Source: Bacteroidaceae bacterium (GTDB taxonomy: Bacteria; Bacteroidota; Bacteroidia; Bacteroidales; Bacteroidaceae). Taken from it: a stretch of DNA of 64,000 nt. The stretch spans positions 642 through 64,641 of the forward strand of contig JAUUPT010000012.1 of the NCBI GenBank assembly GCA_030843315.1. The letters are read 5' to 3'. A program made the translations under genes and the position numbers. Under the pieces are notes generated by a model, which saw only the letters and a list, made by a program, of their open reading frames with translations, made no database searches and was not told the DNA's origin. Numbering within the stretch: position 1 is the stretch's first letter; each line of letters starts with the position of its first letter. This document shows, piece by piece, positions 40,000 through 49,037 of this stretch.

Positions 40000-41460
40000 A
40001 TGAACTATGCAGTAACAGTAGACAATGCCACGAAGCATTACGGCAAGGTAGAAGCCCTGAAAGGCGTTTCATTAGCCGTGAAGCCCGGCGAACTCTTCGG
40101 CATCATCGGACCCGATGGGGCAGGGAAGACCTCGCTCTTCCGCATCCTCACCACCTTGCTCCTTGCCGATAGCGGAACAGCTACCGTCTGCGGACTGGAC
40201 GTGGTGAAGGACTACAAGCAGATTCGCCGGCGGGTGGGATACATGCCCGGACGCTTCTCCCTATACCCTGACCTGACGGTAGAAGAGAACCTGAATTTCT
40301 TCGCCACCGTCTTCCACACCACCATCGAGGAGAACTACGATTTGGTGAAGGACATCTACCAACAGATAGAGCCCTTCCGTAAGCGCCGTGCCGGTGCCCT
40401 GTCGGGGGGAATGAAGCAGAAGCTCGCCCTCAGTTGCGCCCTTATCCACAAGCCGGACGTACTCTTCCTCGACGAGCCCACCACAGGCGTAGACCCCGTC
40501 TCCCGCAAAGAGTTCTGGGAAATGCTTCGCCGGCTCAAAGAGCAAGGCATCACTATCATAGCCTCCACACCCATTATCGACGAGGCCCGCCAGTGCGACC
40601 GCATCGCCTTCATCCACGAAGGGCAGATACACGGCATCGACACCCCCGACCGCATCCTGGAGCAATTCGCCTCCATCCTCTGCCCTCCGGGTTTGCAGCA
40701 CGACAAAGCAGAGCATCGCGAGGACTACGTGATAGAGGTGGACCACCTCACCAAGCGCTTCGGCAACTTCACCGCCGTAGACCATATTTCTTTCCGCGTC
40801 CATCGCGGCGAAATCTTCGGCTTCCTGGGCGCCAACGGTGCCGGCAAGACCACCGCCATGCGTATGCTCACCGGCCTTAGCCGTCCCACCAGCGGCACCG
40901 CCCGCGTAGCAGGCTTCGACATTGCCACCCACACCGAAGACGTAAAGAAGAACATCGGCTACATGAGTCAGAAGTTCTCCCTCTACGAAGACCTCAAGGT
41001 TTGGGAGAACATCCGCCTCTTTGCCGGCATCTACGGAATGCCCGAGGCCGAGATAGCCCCCCGCACCGACGAACTGCTGCAACGCATCGGCCTCGCCGCC
41101 GAACGCGACACGCTGGTGAAGAGCCTGCCCCTGGGCTGGAAACAGAAACTTGCTTTCTCCATTTCCATCTTCCACGAACCGAAGATAGTCTTCCTGGACG
41201 AGCCTACGGGCGGTGTAGACCCCGCCACCCGCCGCCAGTTCTGGGAGCTTATCTACCAGGCAGCCGACCGGGGTATTACTGTTTTCGTCACCACCCACTT
41301 CATGGACGAGGCGGAGTATTGCGACCGCATCTCCATCATGGTGGACGGTGTGATCCGCGCCCTCGATACCCCTGCCGGACTGAAACGGCAATTCGCCGCC
41401 GCCACCATGGACGACGTATTCCAGCAACTGGCACGCCAGGCTGTGCGCACGGCAGATTAA
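40000..41460 (+). CDS. ABC transporter ATP-binding protein with two NBDs
   Basis: GPDGAGKT and GANGAGKT Walker A motifs; LSGGMKQ and LPLGWKQ signatures; LDEPT twice. Confidence 0.95.
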   Translation: MNYAVTVDNATKHYGKVEALKGVSLAVKPGELFGIIGPDGAGKTSLFRILTTLLLADSGTATVCGLDVVKDYKQIRRRVGYMPGRFSLYPDLTVEENLNFFATVFHTTIEENYDLVKDIYQQIEPFRKRRAGALSGGMKQKLALSCALIHKPDVLFLDEPTTGVDPVSRKEFWEMLRRLKEQGITIIASTPIIDEARQCDRIAFIHEGQIHGIDTPDRILEQFASILCPPGLQHDKAEHREDYVIEVDHLTKRFGNFTAVDHISFRVHRGEIFGFLGANGAGKTTAMRMLTGLSRPTSGTARVAGFDIATHTEDVKKNIGYMSQKFSLYEDLKVWENIRLFAGIYGMPEAEIAPRTDELLQRIGLAAERDTLVKSLPLGWKQKLAFSISIFHEPKIVFLDEPTGGVDPATRRQFWELIYQAADRGITVFVTTHFMDEAEYCDRISIMVDGVIRALDTPAGLKRQFAAATMDDVFQQLARQAVRTAD

Positions 41461-41483
41461 GAGCCAACTAAAAACTGATAGTA

Positions 41484-42587
41484 ATGAAACAATTTATAGC
41501 TTTTGTCCGAAAAGAATTCTTCCACATCTTCCGCGATGTGCGCACGATGTTGATACTGCTGGGCATGCCCATTGTGCAGATTATCCTCTTCGGCTTTGCC
41601 ATCACCACGGAAGTAAAGAATGTGCGCGTAGCCGTCCTCGACCCCTCGAACGACGTCGTCACCCGCCGCATCATCGACCGCATGGATGCCAGCGAATACT
41701 TCACCATCACCAGCCGCCTGTATTCTCCGCAGGAAGCGGAACAACTGTTCCGCAGGGGAGACATAGACATGGCGCTCGTTTTCGGTGAGCAATTTGCCAA
41801 TAACCTCTATACGGGCGATGCGCGCGTGCAACTTATATCCGATGCCACCGACCCCAACATGGCCACCATGCAGGCGGGTTATGCCAGCAGCATCATAGCT
41901 TCCGCCGGACAGGAAATGCTTCCGCCGGGAGTACACGCTGCTGCCATCATTCCACAAGTGAAGTTGCTCTACAACCCGCAGATGAAGAGTGCCTACAACT
42001 TTGTACCCGGCGTCATGGGACTTATCCTCATGCTGATATGCGCCATGATGACGTCCATCTCCATTGTGCGCGAGAAGGAGACGGGGACGATGGAAATCCT
42101 GCTTGTGTCTCCCATGAAGCCGCTTTTCATCATATTCGCTAAGGCGGTGCCTTACTTTGTGCTGTCGTTCGTTAATTTGACGACCGTGCTGTTGCTTTCG
42201 GTCTACGTGCTCCACGTGCCCGTGGCGGGTAGTTTGTTCTGGCTCGTGGTGGTGTCGTTGCTGTTTATCTTCGTGTCGCTGGCATTGGGCCTGCTCATTT
42301 CTACGGTCACCCGCACACAGGTAGCTGCCATGCTTGCGTCGGGACTGATGCTGATGATGCCTACCATGCTGCTATCGGGTATGATATTTCCGATAGAGAG
42401 TATGCCTGCCATTCTGCAAGGCTTCTCTGCCATTATTCCCGCACGCTGGTACATCCAGGCGGTGCGCAAACTGATGATTGAGGGAGTGGACATCTCGCTT
42501 GTGCTGACGGAAGTCTGCATACTCAGCGTGATGGCAGTGCTGCTGATAACCGTCAGCATCAAGAAGTTCAAGAGCAGACTGGAATAG
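41484..42587 (+). CDS. ABC-2 type permease
   Basis: KEF...RD.R N-terminus, YNP, SIVREKETGTME and LSGMIFPIESMP. Confidence 0.93.
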   Translation: MKQFIAFVRKEFFHIFRDVRTMLILLGMPIVQIILFGFAITTEVKNVRVAVLDPSNDVVTRRIIDRMDASEYFTITSRLYSPQEAEQLFRRGDIDMALVFGEQFANNLYTGDARVQLISDATDPNMATMQAGYASSIIASAGQEMLPPGVHAAAIIPQVKLLYNPQMKSAYNFVPGVMGLILMLICAMMTSISIVREKETGTMEILLVSPMKPLFIIFAKAVPYFVLSFVNLTTVLLLSVYVLHVPVAGSLFWLVVVSLLFIFVSLALGLLISTVTRTQVAAMLASGLMLMMPTMLLSGMIFPIESMPAILQGFSAIIPARWYIQAVRKLMIEGVDISLVLTEVCILSVMAVLLITVSIKKFKSRLE

Positions 42588-42597
42588 CCGCGCATTC

Positions 42598-42632
42598 CTA
42601 CCAACTACTTACTACCAACTACTAACTACTAA
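42598..42632. repeat. 5 x 7-bp intergenic tandem repeat
   Basis: CTACCAA CTACTTA CTACCAA CTACTAA CTACTAA. Confidence 0.85.
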
Positions 42633-42639
42633 TCGCCCT

Positions 42640-43755
42640 ATGATAAAGTATCTCATCGAAAAAGAATTCAAGCAGTTGTTCCGCAACTCCTTTCTGCCGA
42701 AGCTCATCTTCATCTTCCCTTGTATGATTATGATTCTGATGCCTTGGGCGGCAAATCTGGAGATAAAGAACATCAACCTCAATATTGTGGACAATGACCA
42801 TAGCGTCATCTCCCGCCGGTTGGTAGACAAGATTGGTGCTTCCACTTACTTCCGCACCACGGACGTTCCCGGAACCTACGACGAAGCCATGCGAGCCATC
42901 GAAGTGGGTTCGGCGGACATCATCCTGGAGATTCCCCGCAACTTCGAGAAAGACTGGATGCAGGGAAACACCCCCGACCTGCTCGTCGCCACCAATGCCG
43001 TGAACGGAACAAAAGGAGGGCTGGGCAGTTCCTACCTCTCTGCCATCATCAACGATTATGCCCGCGAGTTGAGGCAAGAGTCGCCTGCACCCCTGCGGGC
43101 GGGTATGCCGCTTCCCCGCGTGGTGGTATCTACGCAGAACCTTTATAACCCTACGCTGAACTACAAGCTGTTTATGATTCCCGCCCTGATGGTGATGTTG
43201 CTGACGATGATTTGCGGCTTCCTGCCTGCGCTCAATGTAGTGGGAGAGAAGGAGGCGGGCACTATCGAACAGATCAACGTAACTCCCGTCAGCAAGTTCA
43301 CCTTTATTGTTGCCAAGCTGATACCCTATTGGGCGGTAGGTTTTGTAGTGCTGACTATCTGCCTTACCCTTGCCTGGGTACTCTACGGCATACTACCTGC
43401 CGGGCATTTCATCACTATCTATGGTTTTGCAGTGGTGTTCCTGCTGGTAGTATCCGGCCTCGGGCTGGTGATATCCAACCATTCCGCCACGTTGCAGCAA
43501 GCCATGTTCGTCATGTGGTTCTTTATGCTGATACTGATGCTGATGAGCGGACTTTTCACTCCCATCCACAGCATGCCCGGGTGGGCGCAATGGATAGCCC
43601 GCCTCAATCCGCTGAAGTATTTCGTGGAAATGATGCGCACGGTCTATCTGCGCGGTGGCAATTTTGCCGATCTGCTTCCCCAACTGGGAGCTTTGTCCGC
43701 TTTCGCGCTCGTCTTTAACCTGTGGGCGGTGAAGAGCTATAAGAAGAGTAGCTGA
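42640..43755 (+). CDS. ABC-2 type permease
   Basis: KEFKQ, YNPTLNY, VGEKEAGTIEQ and MSGLFTPIHSMP. Confidence 0.93.
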   Translation: MIKYLIEKEFKQLFRNSFLPKLIFIFPCMIMILMPWAANLEIKNINLNIVDNDHSVISRRLVDKIGASTYFRTTDVPGTYDEAMRAIEVGSADIILEIPRNFEKDWMQGNTPDLLVATNAVNGTKGGLGSSYLSAIINDYARELRQESPAPLRAGMPLPRVVVSTQNLYNPTLNYKLFMIPALMVMLLTMICGFLPALNVVGEKEAGTIEQINVTPVSKFTFIVAKLIPYWAVGFVVLTICLTLAWVLYGILPAGHFITIYGFAVVFLLVVSGLGLVISNHSATLQQAMFVMWFFMLILMLMSGLFTPIHSMPGWAQWIARLNPLKYFVEMMRTVYLRGGNFADLLPQLGALSAFALVFNLWAVKSYKKSS

Positions 43756-43774
43756 TGGGGAACGCCCGTCGGCA

Positions 43775-44248
43775 TCATTCGTGGTGGTAAGGTCCGCCGT
43801 TCAGTATCGTCATGGCGCGGTACAGTTGCTCTACGAAGATGAGGCGCACCATCTGGTGCGAAAAGGTCATGCGTGAGAGGGACATCTTCTCGTGAGCCGC
43901 TTCATACACTTTCGGTGAGAATCCGTAGGGCCCGCCGATGATGAAGACCAGCCGCTTGTTTACGGTATTCATCTTGCGCTTCATATAGTCGGCAAACTCT
44001 ATGGAGCGCATTTCTTTTCCGCCCTCGTCCAGCAATACGATGACGTCGCCCGGTTGGAGGGCTTTCAGTATCAGTTCCCCTTCCTTTTCTTTCTGCACTT
44101 CCATAGAGAGGCTCTTGGTGTTTTTCAGTTCGGGTATTACTTCCATGTCGAACGAAAGATAGCGGCGGGTGCGCTGCACGTAGTCGTTGATGGCGGTTAT
44201 AAAATGTTGTTCCACAGTTCGTCCTACGACGAGCAGAGTCGTTTTCAT
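43775..44248 (-). CDS. rlmH: 23S rRNA pseudouridine-1915 N3-methyltransferase
   Basis: FIIGGPYG, SLSRMTFSHQMVRLIFVEQLYRA and C-terminal PYHHE. Confidence 0.96.
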   Translation of the reverse strand: MKTTLLVVGRTVEQHFITAINDYVQRTRRYLSFDMEVIPELKNTKSLSMEVQKEKEGELILKALQPGDVIVLLDEGGKEMRSIEFADYMKRKMNTVNKRLVFIIGGPYGFSPKVYEAAHEKMSLSRMTFSHQMVRLIFVEQLYRAMTILNGGPYHHE

Positions 44249-44343
44249 GCGGGTTCTGTTTTGATTTAGTGCACAAATTTAGCACTTTTTTATTGTATTT
44301 TGCGACAAATGCTTACCTTTGCCTATCATTAATACTTGTGGAG

Positions 44344-44736
44344 ATGAATAAACGAGTAATTTTTGTGTTGACCGGTCTGCTCATTTGGATGTCCTCGCTC
44401 ATGGCTCAGGACGCCCCGGTGGGGGTGATTAATGCCTTCAAGGAAGGCAATCCCCGGGAGTTGAACAAGTATCTGGGCGACAAGGTCGATTTGATTATTC
44501 AGAATAAATCGACCCATGCCGACAAGCAAGGGGCGGAAGGAACCATGGCTGCTTTCTTCTCCAACCACAAGGTCAGCAACTTCAGTGTGAACCATCAGGG
44601 CAAGCGCGATGAATCGGGTTTCATCGTCGGCACCTTGACCACTGCCAATGGAAACTTCCGGGTGAACTGCTTCTTCCGGAAGGTACAGGACAAATATGTG
44701 ATACATCAAATAAGAATCGATAAGACAAATGAATAA
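44344..44736 (+). CDS. Small secreted protein (DUF4783-like)
   Basis: Start ATG 44344 with a signal peptide; NTF2-like size; overlaps the nadC start. Confidence 0.7.
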   Translation: MNKRVIFVLTGLLIWMSSLMAQDAPVGVINAFKEGNPRELNKYLGDKVDLIIQNKSTHADKQGAEGTMAAFFSNHKVSNFSVNHQGKRDESGFIVGTLTTANGNFRVNCFFRKVQDKYVIHQIRIDKTNE

Positions 44737-45577
44737 GGAAGAAGAATTGATAGACAGGTTGATTGACCTGGCTTTCGCCGAGGACATCGGCGACGGTGAC
44801 CATACCACCCTTTCGTGCATCCCTGCCACGGCCATGGGTAAGTCCAAACTCCTGATAAAAGAAGCCGGTATCCTTGCCGGCATCGAAGTTGCCAAAGAGG
44901 TATTCCGCCGCTTTGACCCTACCATGAAGGTAGAGGTGTTCATCAACGACGGTGCCGTAGTGAAGCCGGGCGACGTAGCCATGATTGTGGAAGGCAAGGT
45001 GCAGTCTCTGCTGCAAACCGAGCGCCTGATGCTGAACATCATGCAGCGCATGAGCGGCATCGCCACCATGACCCACAAGTATGCCGAACAGCTGAAAGGC
45101 ACCAACACTCATGTGCTCGATACCCGCAAGACCACTCCGGGCATGCGCATCCTCGAGAAGATGGCGGTAAAGATAGGCGGCGGCGTGAACCATCGCATCG
45201 GCTTGTTCGACATGATTCTGCTGAAAGATAATCATGTGGACTTTGCCGGAGGCATAGATAAAGCCATCAACCGTGCCAAGGAGTATTGCAAAGAGAAAGG
45301 TAAAGACCTCAAAATAGAAATCGAAGTGCGCAACTTCGACGAGTTGCAGCAAGTGCTCGACCTGGGTGGCGTAGACCGCATCATGTTCGACAACTTTACA
45401 CCCGAAATGACCCGGAAGGCTGTTGAGATGGTAGACCACCGTTACGAAACCGAATCTTCGGGCGGTATCACCTTCGATACGCTGCGCGACTATGCCGAAT
45501 GTGGCGTAGACTTTATTTCGGTAGGCGCTCTTACCCATTCCGTAAAGGGATTGGACATGAGCTTCAAAGCATGTTGA
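44729..45577 (+). CDS. nadC: Quinolinate phosphoribosyltransferase
   Basis: DTRKTTPG, NHRIGLFD, LKDNH, EIEV, ESSGGI and ISVGALTHS. Confidence 0.97.
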   Translation: MNKEEELIDRLIDLAFAEDIGDGDHTTLSCIPATAMGKSKLLIKEAGILAGIEVAKEVFRRFDPTMKVEVFINDGAVVKPGDVAMIVEGKVQSLLQTERLMLNIMQRMSGIATMTHKYAEQLKGTNTHVLDTRKTTPGMRILEKMAVKIGGGVNHRIGLFDMILLKDNHVDFAGGIDKAINRAKEYCKEKGKDLKIEIEVRNFDELQQVLDLGGVDRIMFDNFTPEMTRKAVEMVDHRYETESSGGITFDTLRDYAECGVDFISVGALTHSVKGLDMSFKAC

Positions 45578-45609
45578 CAACGGCAGTAAGCCGTATTGCA
45601 GCATAACAG

Positions 45610-45661
45610 GAAAGCCTCTCATAAGTTTGCCATGATATTGCAATCCTTATGGAAGGCTTTC
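45610..45661 (+). terminator. Imperfect hairpin after nadC
   Basis: GAAAGCCT-CTCATAAG ... CTTATG-GA-AGGCTTTC. Confidence 0.5.
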
Positions 45662-45694
45662 TTCTTAATAATCAGGGGAATATCTGTACCGGAA

Positions 45695-45782
45695 AAACAG
45701 ATGGTCTGTTTGGGCAAAACAGATGATGCGTTTAGGGCAAACAGACCATGCGTTTGGGGCAAACAGATGATGCGTTTCGGCG
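45695..45782. repeat. 4 x 22-bp tandem repeat (AAACAGATGATGCGTTTxGGGC)
   Basis: Units start at 45695, 45717, 45739 and 45761; a degenerate fifth follows. Confidence 0.92.
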
Positions 45783-45806
45783 CGATAGATAATGCATTAG
45801 GAAGAT

Positions 45807-46517
45807 ATGAAGAAGATAACTTGGAGCAAAGTAAAAACGATTGTCAAAGGCTGGAGGCTCGGAGACTTTGTGCGGCAAGTAGCTGTGGTGGTAATTGGTG
45901 TGGTGATTACCTTTATGGGGAGTGATCTGATTACTCAGAATTCCGAAAGGAAGGATATACGGTCTACCATGTCGCTGATTAGGGATGAACTGAAAAGCAA
46001 CCGTGAGAAGTATGAAGATATAGTGGCGGAGTTTCGTGAAGATGAGGCTCTTTCTACCTTATTGGCGGAGCACGACATGAAGATACGGACTATACCTGAA
46101 GATTCGTTGAGGCAGTATGCCACGGTATTGGGGCATATCCGTGGCTTCAGTTATACCCAGGATGCACTGGATATACTCAAAAATTCCATGTTGATGCAGA
46201 AAATCCCGGATAAAGAATTGCTGTTGCAGTTGACTAAGGTTTATGAAGCATTGAATGGATTTAAGCTGACTATGACTGAATATTATGAGATGAAAGACCA
46301 GATTATGACACCTTTCAATTTGGCCTTGACCGATGAACAAATGCATTGGCTATATGAAGGTGGATATGAGGCATGGGATATTTATCTTTCTGATATATCG
46401 GTGCGAAACTTCCTCAGGGTTGCGCAGATGTATTTCACTCCCGACTATGTAGGAAATGTGGGAAAAAGGATAGACAAGGCAATACAGATTATTGAAGAAA
46501 AATATCATTTAGAATAA
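45807..46517 (+). CDS. Hypothetical single-TM helical protein (paralog 1)
   Basis: WRLGDFVRQ, a TM segment and a coiled coil; visibly similar to the next ORF. Confidence 0.8.
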   Translation: MKKITWSKVKTIVKGWRLGDFVRQVAVVVIGVVITFMGSDLITQNSERKDIRSTMSLIRDELKSNREKYEDIVAEFREDEALSTLLAEHDMKIRTIPEDSLRQYATVLGHIRGFSYTQDALDILKNSMLMQKIPDKELLLQLTKVYEALNGFKLTMTEYYEMKDQIMTPFNLALTDEQMHWLYEGGYEAWDIYLSDISVRNFLRVAQMYFTPDYVGNVGKRIDKAIQIIEEKYHLE

Positions 46518-46523
46518 AACATT

Positions 46524-47228
46524 ATGGGACAGAACATTTGGGATAGAATAAAAGCTACGGCACATGACTGGAGATTAGGAGACTACTTCCGCCAGTTCAG
46601 CATCGTAGCGGCAGGTATTATCGTTACCTTTTGGGGAAGCGATAAGCTAACGGAGCACAGCCGCCAAAAGGAAGTGCGGGCAACGATGCAACTGGTAGCG
46701 GAAGAACTGGAGTACAATAAGGAGGAATTGCGTAAAATAAAGCGGTTGCTGGATATTGACGTGCACATGAGCACCGTGTTGTTGGACCACAATATGGATA
46801 TATATGATATACCGGAAGATACCTTACAGAAGTATGGCAAGCTTTTCAGTAATCTGGATGAATTCTCTTATAGAACCGATGCACTGGATGTATTGAAAGG
46901 CTCTTCACTGATGCAGTATATTTCTGATAAACGTTTGTTGCAGGATGTGATGCAAACCTATTTCCAGTTGGGAAGGATTAAGAAAGACGTTGGCGATTAC
47001 TATAAAATAAAGACAGATGTACTGATGTCTATCATTGCGTCTAAGAAGAAAACCAAAGTTTCGGCAGACGACGATGATTTTCGGAATAATATCTCATTCC
47101 TTTTGAACGAAGACCGCTTTGTCAACTTTGTTGTAATGGTTCCCGGTTTCTTGTATTGGGGTGAGTTTGACGACCTGGATGAAATGCTTAGTGAGCAAAT
47201 CGAGGTTTTGAAAGACAAGTATAAATAA
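46524..47228 (+). CDS. Hypothetical single-TM helical protein (paralog 2)
   Basis: WRLGDYFRQ, a TM segment, and FSY..DALD.LK.S.LMQ.I.DK.LL shared with the previous ORF. Confidence 0.8.
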   Translation: MGQNIWDRIKATAHDWRLGDYFRQFSIVAAGIIVTFWGSDKLTEHSRQKEVRATMQLVAEELEYNKEELRKIKRLLDIDVHMSTVLLDHNMDIYDIPEDTLQKYGKLFSNLDEFSYRTDALDVLKGSSLMQYISDKRLLQDVMQTYFQLGRIKKDVGDYYKIKTDVLMSIIASKKKTKVSADDDDFRNNISFLLNEDRFVNFVVMVPGFLYWGEFDDLDEMLSEQIEVLKDKYK

Positions 47229-47335
47229 TCTCCATACTTTAACTTCTTTTTAGAATTAACCCAGCAGCATTTTTCGGAATGCTGCGTCTAACTAACAAAC
47301 GACGCGAAGAGGCGTCCGTAAAACGAGCACTGACA

Positions 47336-47887
47336 TTGGAAAATGAGATAGAACTGATAGAGGGCTGCCGGGCAGGAAAAGATTCCGCACGTCGGGAACT
47401 GTATACCCTCTATTCCAAGCAGATGCTGGCGGTATGCTACCGCTATACGGGCGACGTCGATGCGGCCCATGACGTATTGCACGATGGTTTCATCAAAATC
47501 TTCACCCACTTTACTTTTCGCGGAGACTGTGCCTTGAGTACTTGGGTGACGAGGGTGATGGTGACGCAGTCCATCGACTACCTGCGCCGGCAGCAACGCT
47601 TCAGCCAACTGGTGGTGAACGAGGAACAACTCCCCGACATGGTGGACGAAGCAAGCATTGCCGAGACCGGCGGCCGTCTGTCCGAGGAAGTACTGATGGC
47701 ATTTGTGGCAGAACTTCCCGCCGGATGCCGAACCGTTTTCAACTTGTATGTGTTTGAAGAGAAGTCGCATAAGGAAATTGCGGAACTGCTCCACATCAAG
47801 GAACATTCGTCGACCTCGCAACTGCATCGTGCCAAGAGTTTGTTAGCAAAAAGAATTAAAGAATATACTGAGTATGAGAGAAAATGA
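47336..47887 (+). CDS. ECF-type RNA polymerase sigma factor
   Basis: Probable TTG start at 47336. Region 2 (AHDVLHDGFIK...TWVTRV) and region 4 (LPAGCRTVFNL...SHKEIAELL...SQLHRAK). Confidence 0.93.
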   Translation: MENEIELIEGCRAGKDSARRELYTLYSKQMLAVCYRYTGDVDAAHDVLHDGFIKIFTHFTFRGDCALSTWVTRVMVTQSIDYLRRQQRFSQLVVNEEQLPDMVDEASIAETGGRLSEEVLMAFVAELPAGCRTVFNLYVFEEKSHKEIAELLHIKEHSSTSQLHRAKSLLAKRIKEYTEYERK

Positions 47888-49019
47888 TAAGATAACCGAC
47901 ATATTCCGCAGTCGTCTCGCCGGTGCAGAGATGACCGTGCGGGAGGGATTCTGGGAAGAACTGCAACGCAGTTTGCCTCAGGCAGCGGCGGCAGGCGAAG
48001 GGAACGCTTCCCAGTTGTCGTCATCGTCCACTTCCGCAGATAAGGGGAAGCGTCTGATTCTTTCTCCGAGATTCTATCGGGTGGCTGCCGCAGCATCCGT
48101 TGTGTTTGTGCTGGGAGCAGCTTCTGCCGCATTCTGGTACTTCTCTCCGAAGGAAGAGATAAAGGAAGCCTTCACGCAAGTGGCCGCCATGACACCGGAC
48201 GGCAGCTTGAAAGGCGACGTGGTGCAGGAGAACTTTCCTTCCATCCACCAGGCAAATCCCACGGCACAGCATCCCGGCGCGAAGCAGCCTGCAAGCGGCA
48301 TCCCTGCCGGACTGACCGCGCAGGCGGATGATGATGACGAATCGGTATCCGTCCATGTCTCCATCACCATTACCCAGCGGGTTTATGGCAACAATCAGCA
48401 GGCAGGCAACGGCTACTTCAATAACTCTGCCCAGAACGGGAATTATCATTCCGCTACCGATCCTGCGGGTACAAACTCCGACATAGATTCGGCCCTTGCC
48501 TCTGAGGAATCGGTGGCAGCCAAAACCGAATCGTCGTGGAAGTCGCGCAACTGGGCATTGAAAGCCGCCATCGGTTCTTCCTTGCCGAAAGGAGATTTCC
48601 ACATGCCGCTGACGGCAGAGTTGAACGTAGAACGTCGCCTGAACGACCGCTTCTCCCTGGAAGCCGGCGTGCAGTACAACCGCCTGGAGGGCGACCATGC
48701 AACCCTGCACACACTGGGCATCCCCGTCCGGCTGAATATGATGCTGGCAAGTTCTTCCAAAGTAGACTTCTATGCCCTGGCAGGCGGAATGGCGGAGAAG
48801 TGCATTGCCGGTGCACCGGACAATGGTTTCAGTGCCGAACCGGTGCAGTTGTCCGTAGCGGCCGGGCTGGGCGTGCGGTATAAGATGAATGACCGCGTAG
48901 CCTTGTTTGCCGAGCCGTCTGTTTCCCATCACTTCGACACGGATTCGCAGTCGAAGACGTTGCGTACGGAGCGCCCCACGAACCTGAATCTGCTGTGTGG
49001 CGTGCGCGTGACTTATTAA
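47874..49019 (+). CDS. Putative dual-membrane-spanning anti-sigma factor (N-terminal anti-sigma, TM, linker, OM beta-barrel)
   Basis: Overlaps the sigma stop. N-terminal FRSRL...FWEEL, a TM (VAAAASVVFVLGAASAAFWYF), a low-complexity linker, and amphipathic strands ending GVRVTY. Confidence 0.75.
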   Translation: MRENDKITDIFRSRLAGAEMTVREGFWEELQRSLPQAAAAGEGNASQLSSSSTSADKGKRLILSPRFYRVAAAASVVFVLGAASAAFWYFSPKEEIKEAFTQVAAMTPDGSLKGDVVQENFPSIHQANPTAQHPGAKQPASGIPAGLTAQADDDDESVSVHVSITITQRVYGNNQQAGNGYFNNSAQNGNYHSATDPAGTNSDIDSALASEESVAAKTESSWKSRNWALKAAIGSSLPKGDFHMPLTAELNVERRLNDRFSLEAGVQYNRLEGDHATLHTLGIPVRLNMMLASSSKVDFYALAGGMAEKCIAGAPDNGFSAEPVQLSVAAGLGVRYKMNDRVALFAEPSVSHHFDTDSQSKTLRTERPTNLNLLCGVRVTY

Positions 49020-49037
49020 TCTTAATATGAACCGAAG

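Noticed and set aside
45695..45782. CRISPR array
   Set aside because: The units are contiguous 22-mers with no unique spacers, and no cas genes are present.
45596..45925. 109-aa ORF across the nadC hairpin and the 22-bp array
   Set aside because: It is translated repeat sequence overlapping a better-supported gene in another frame.
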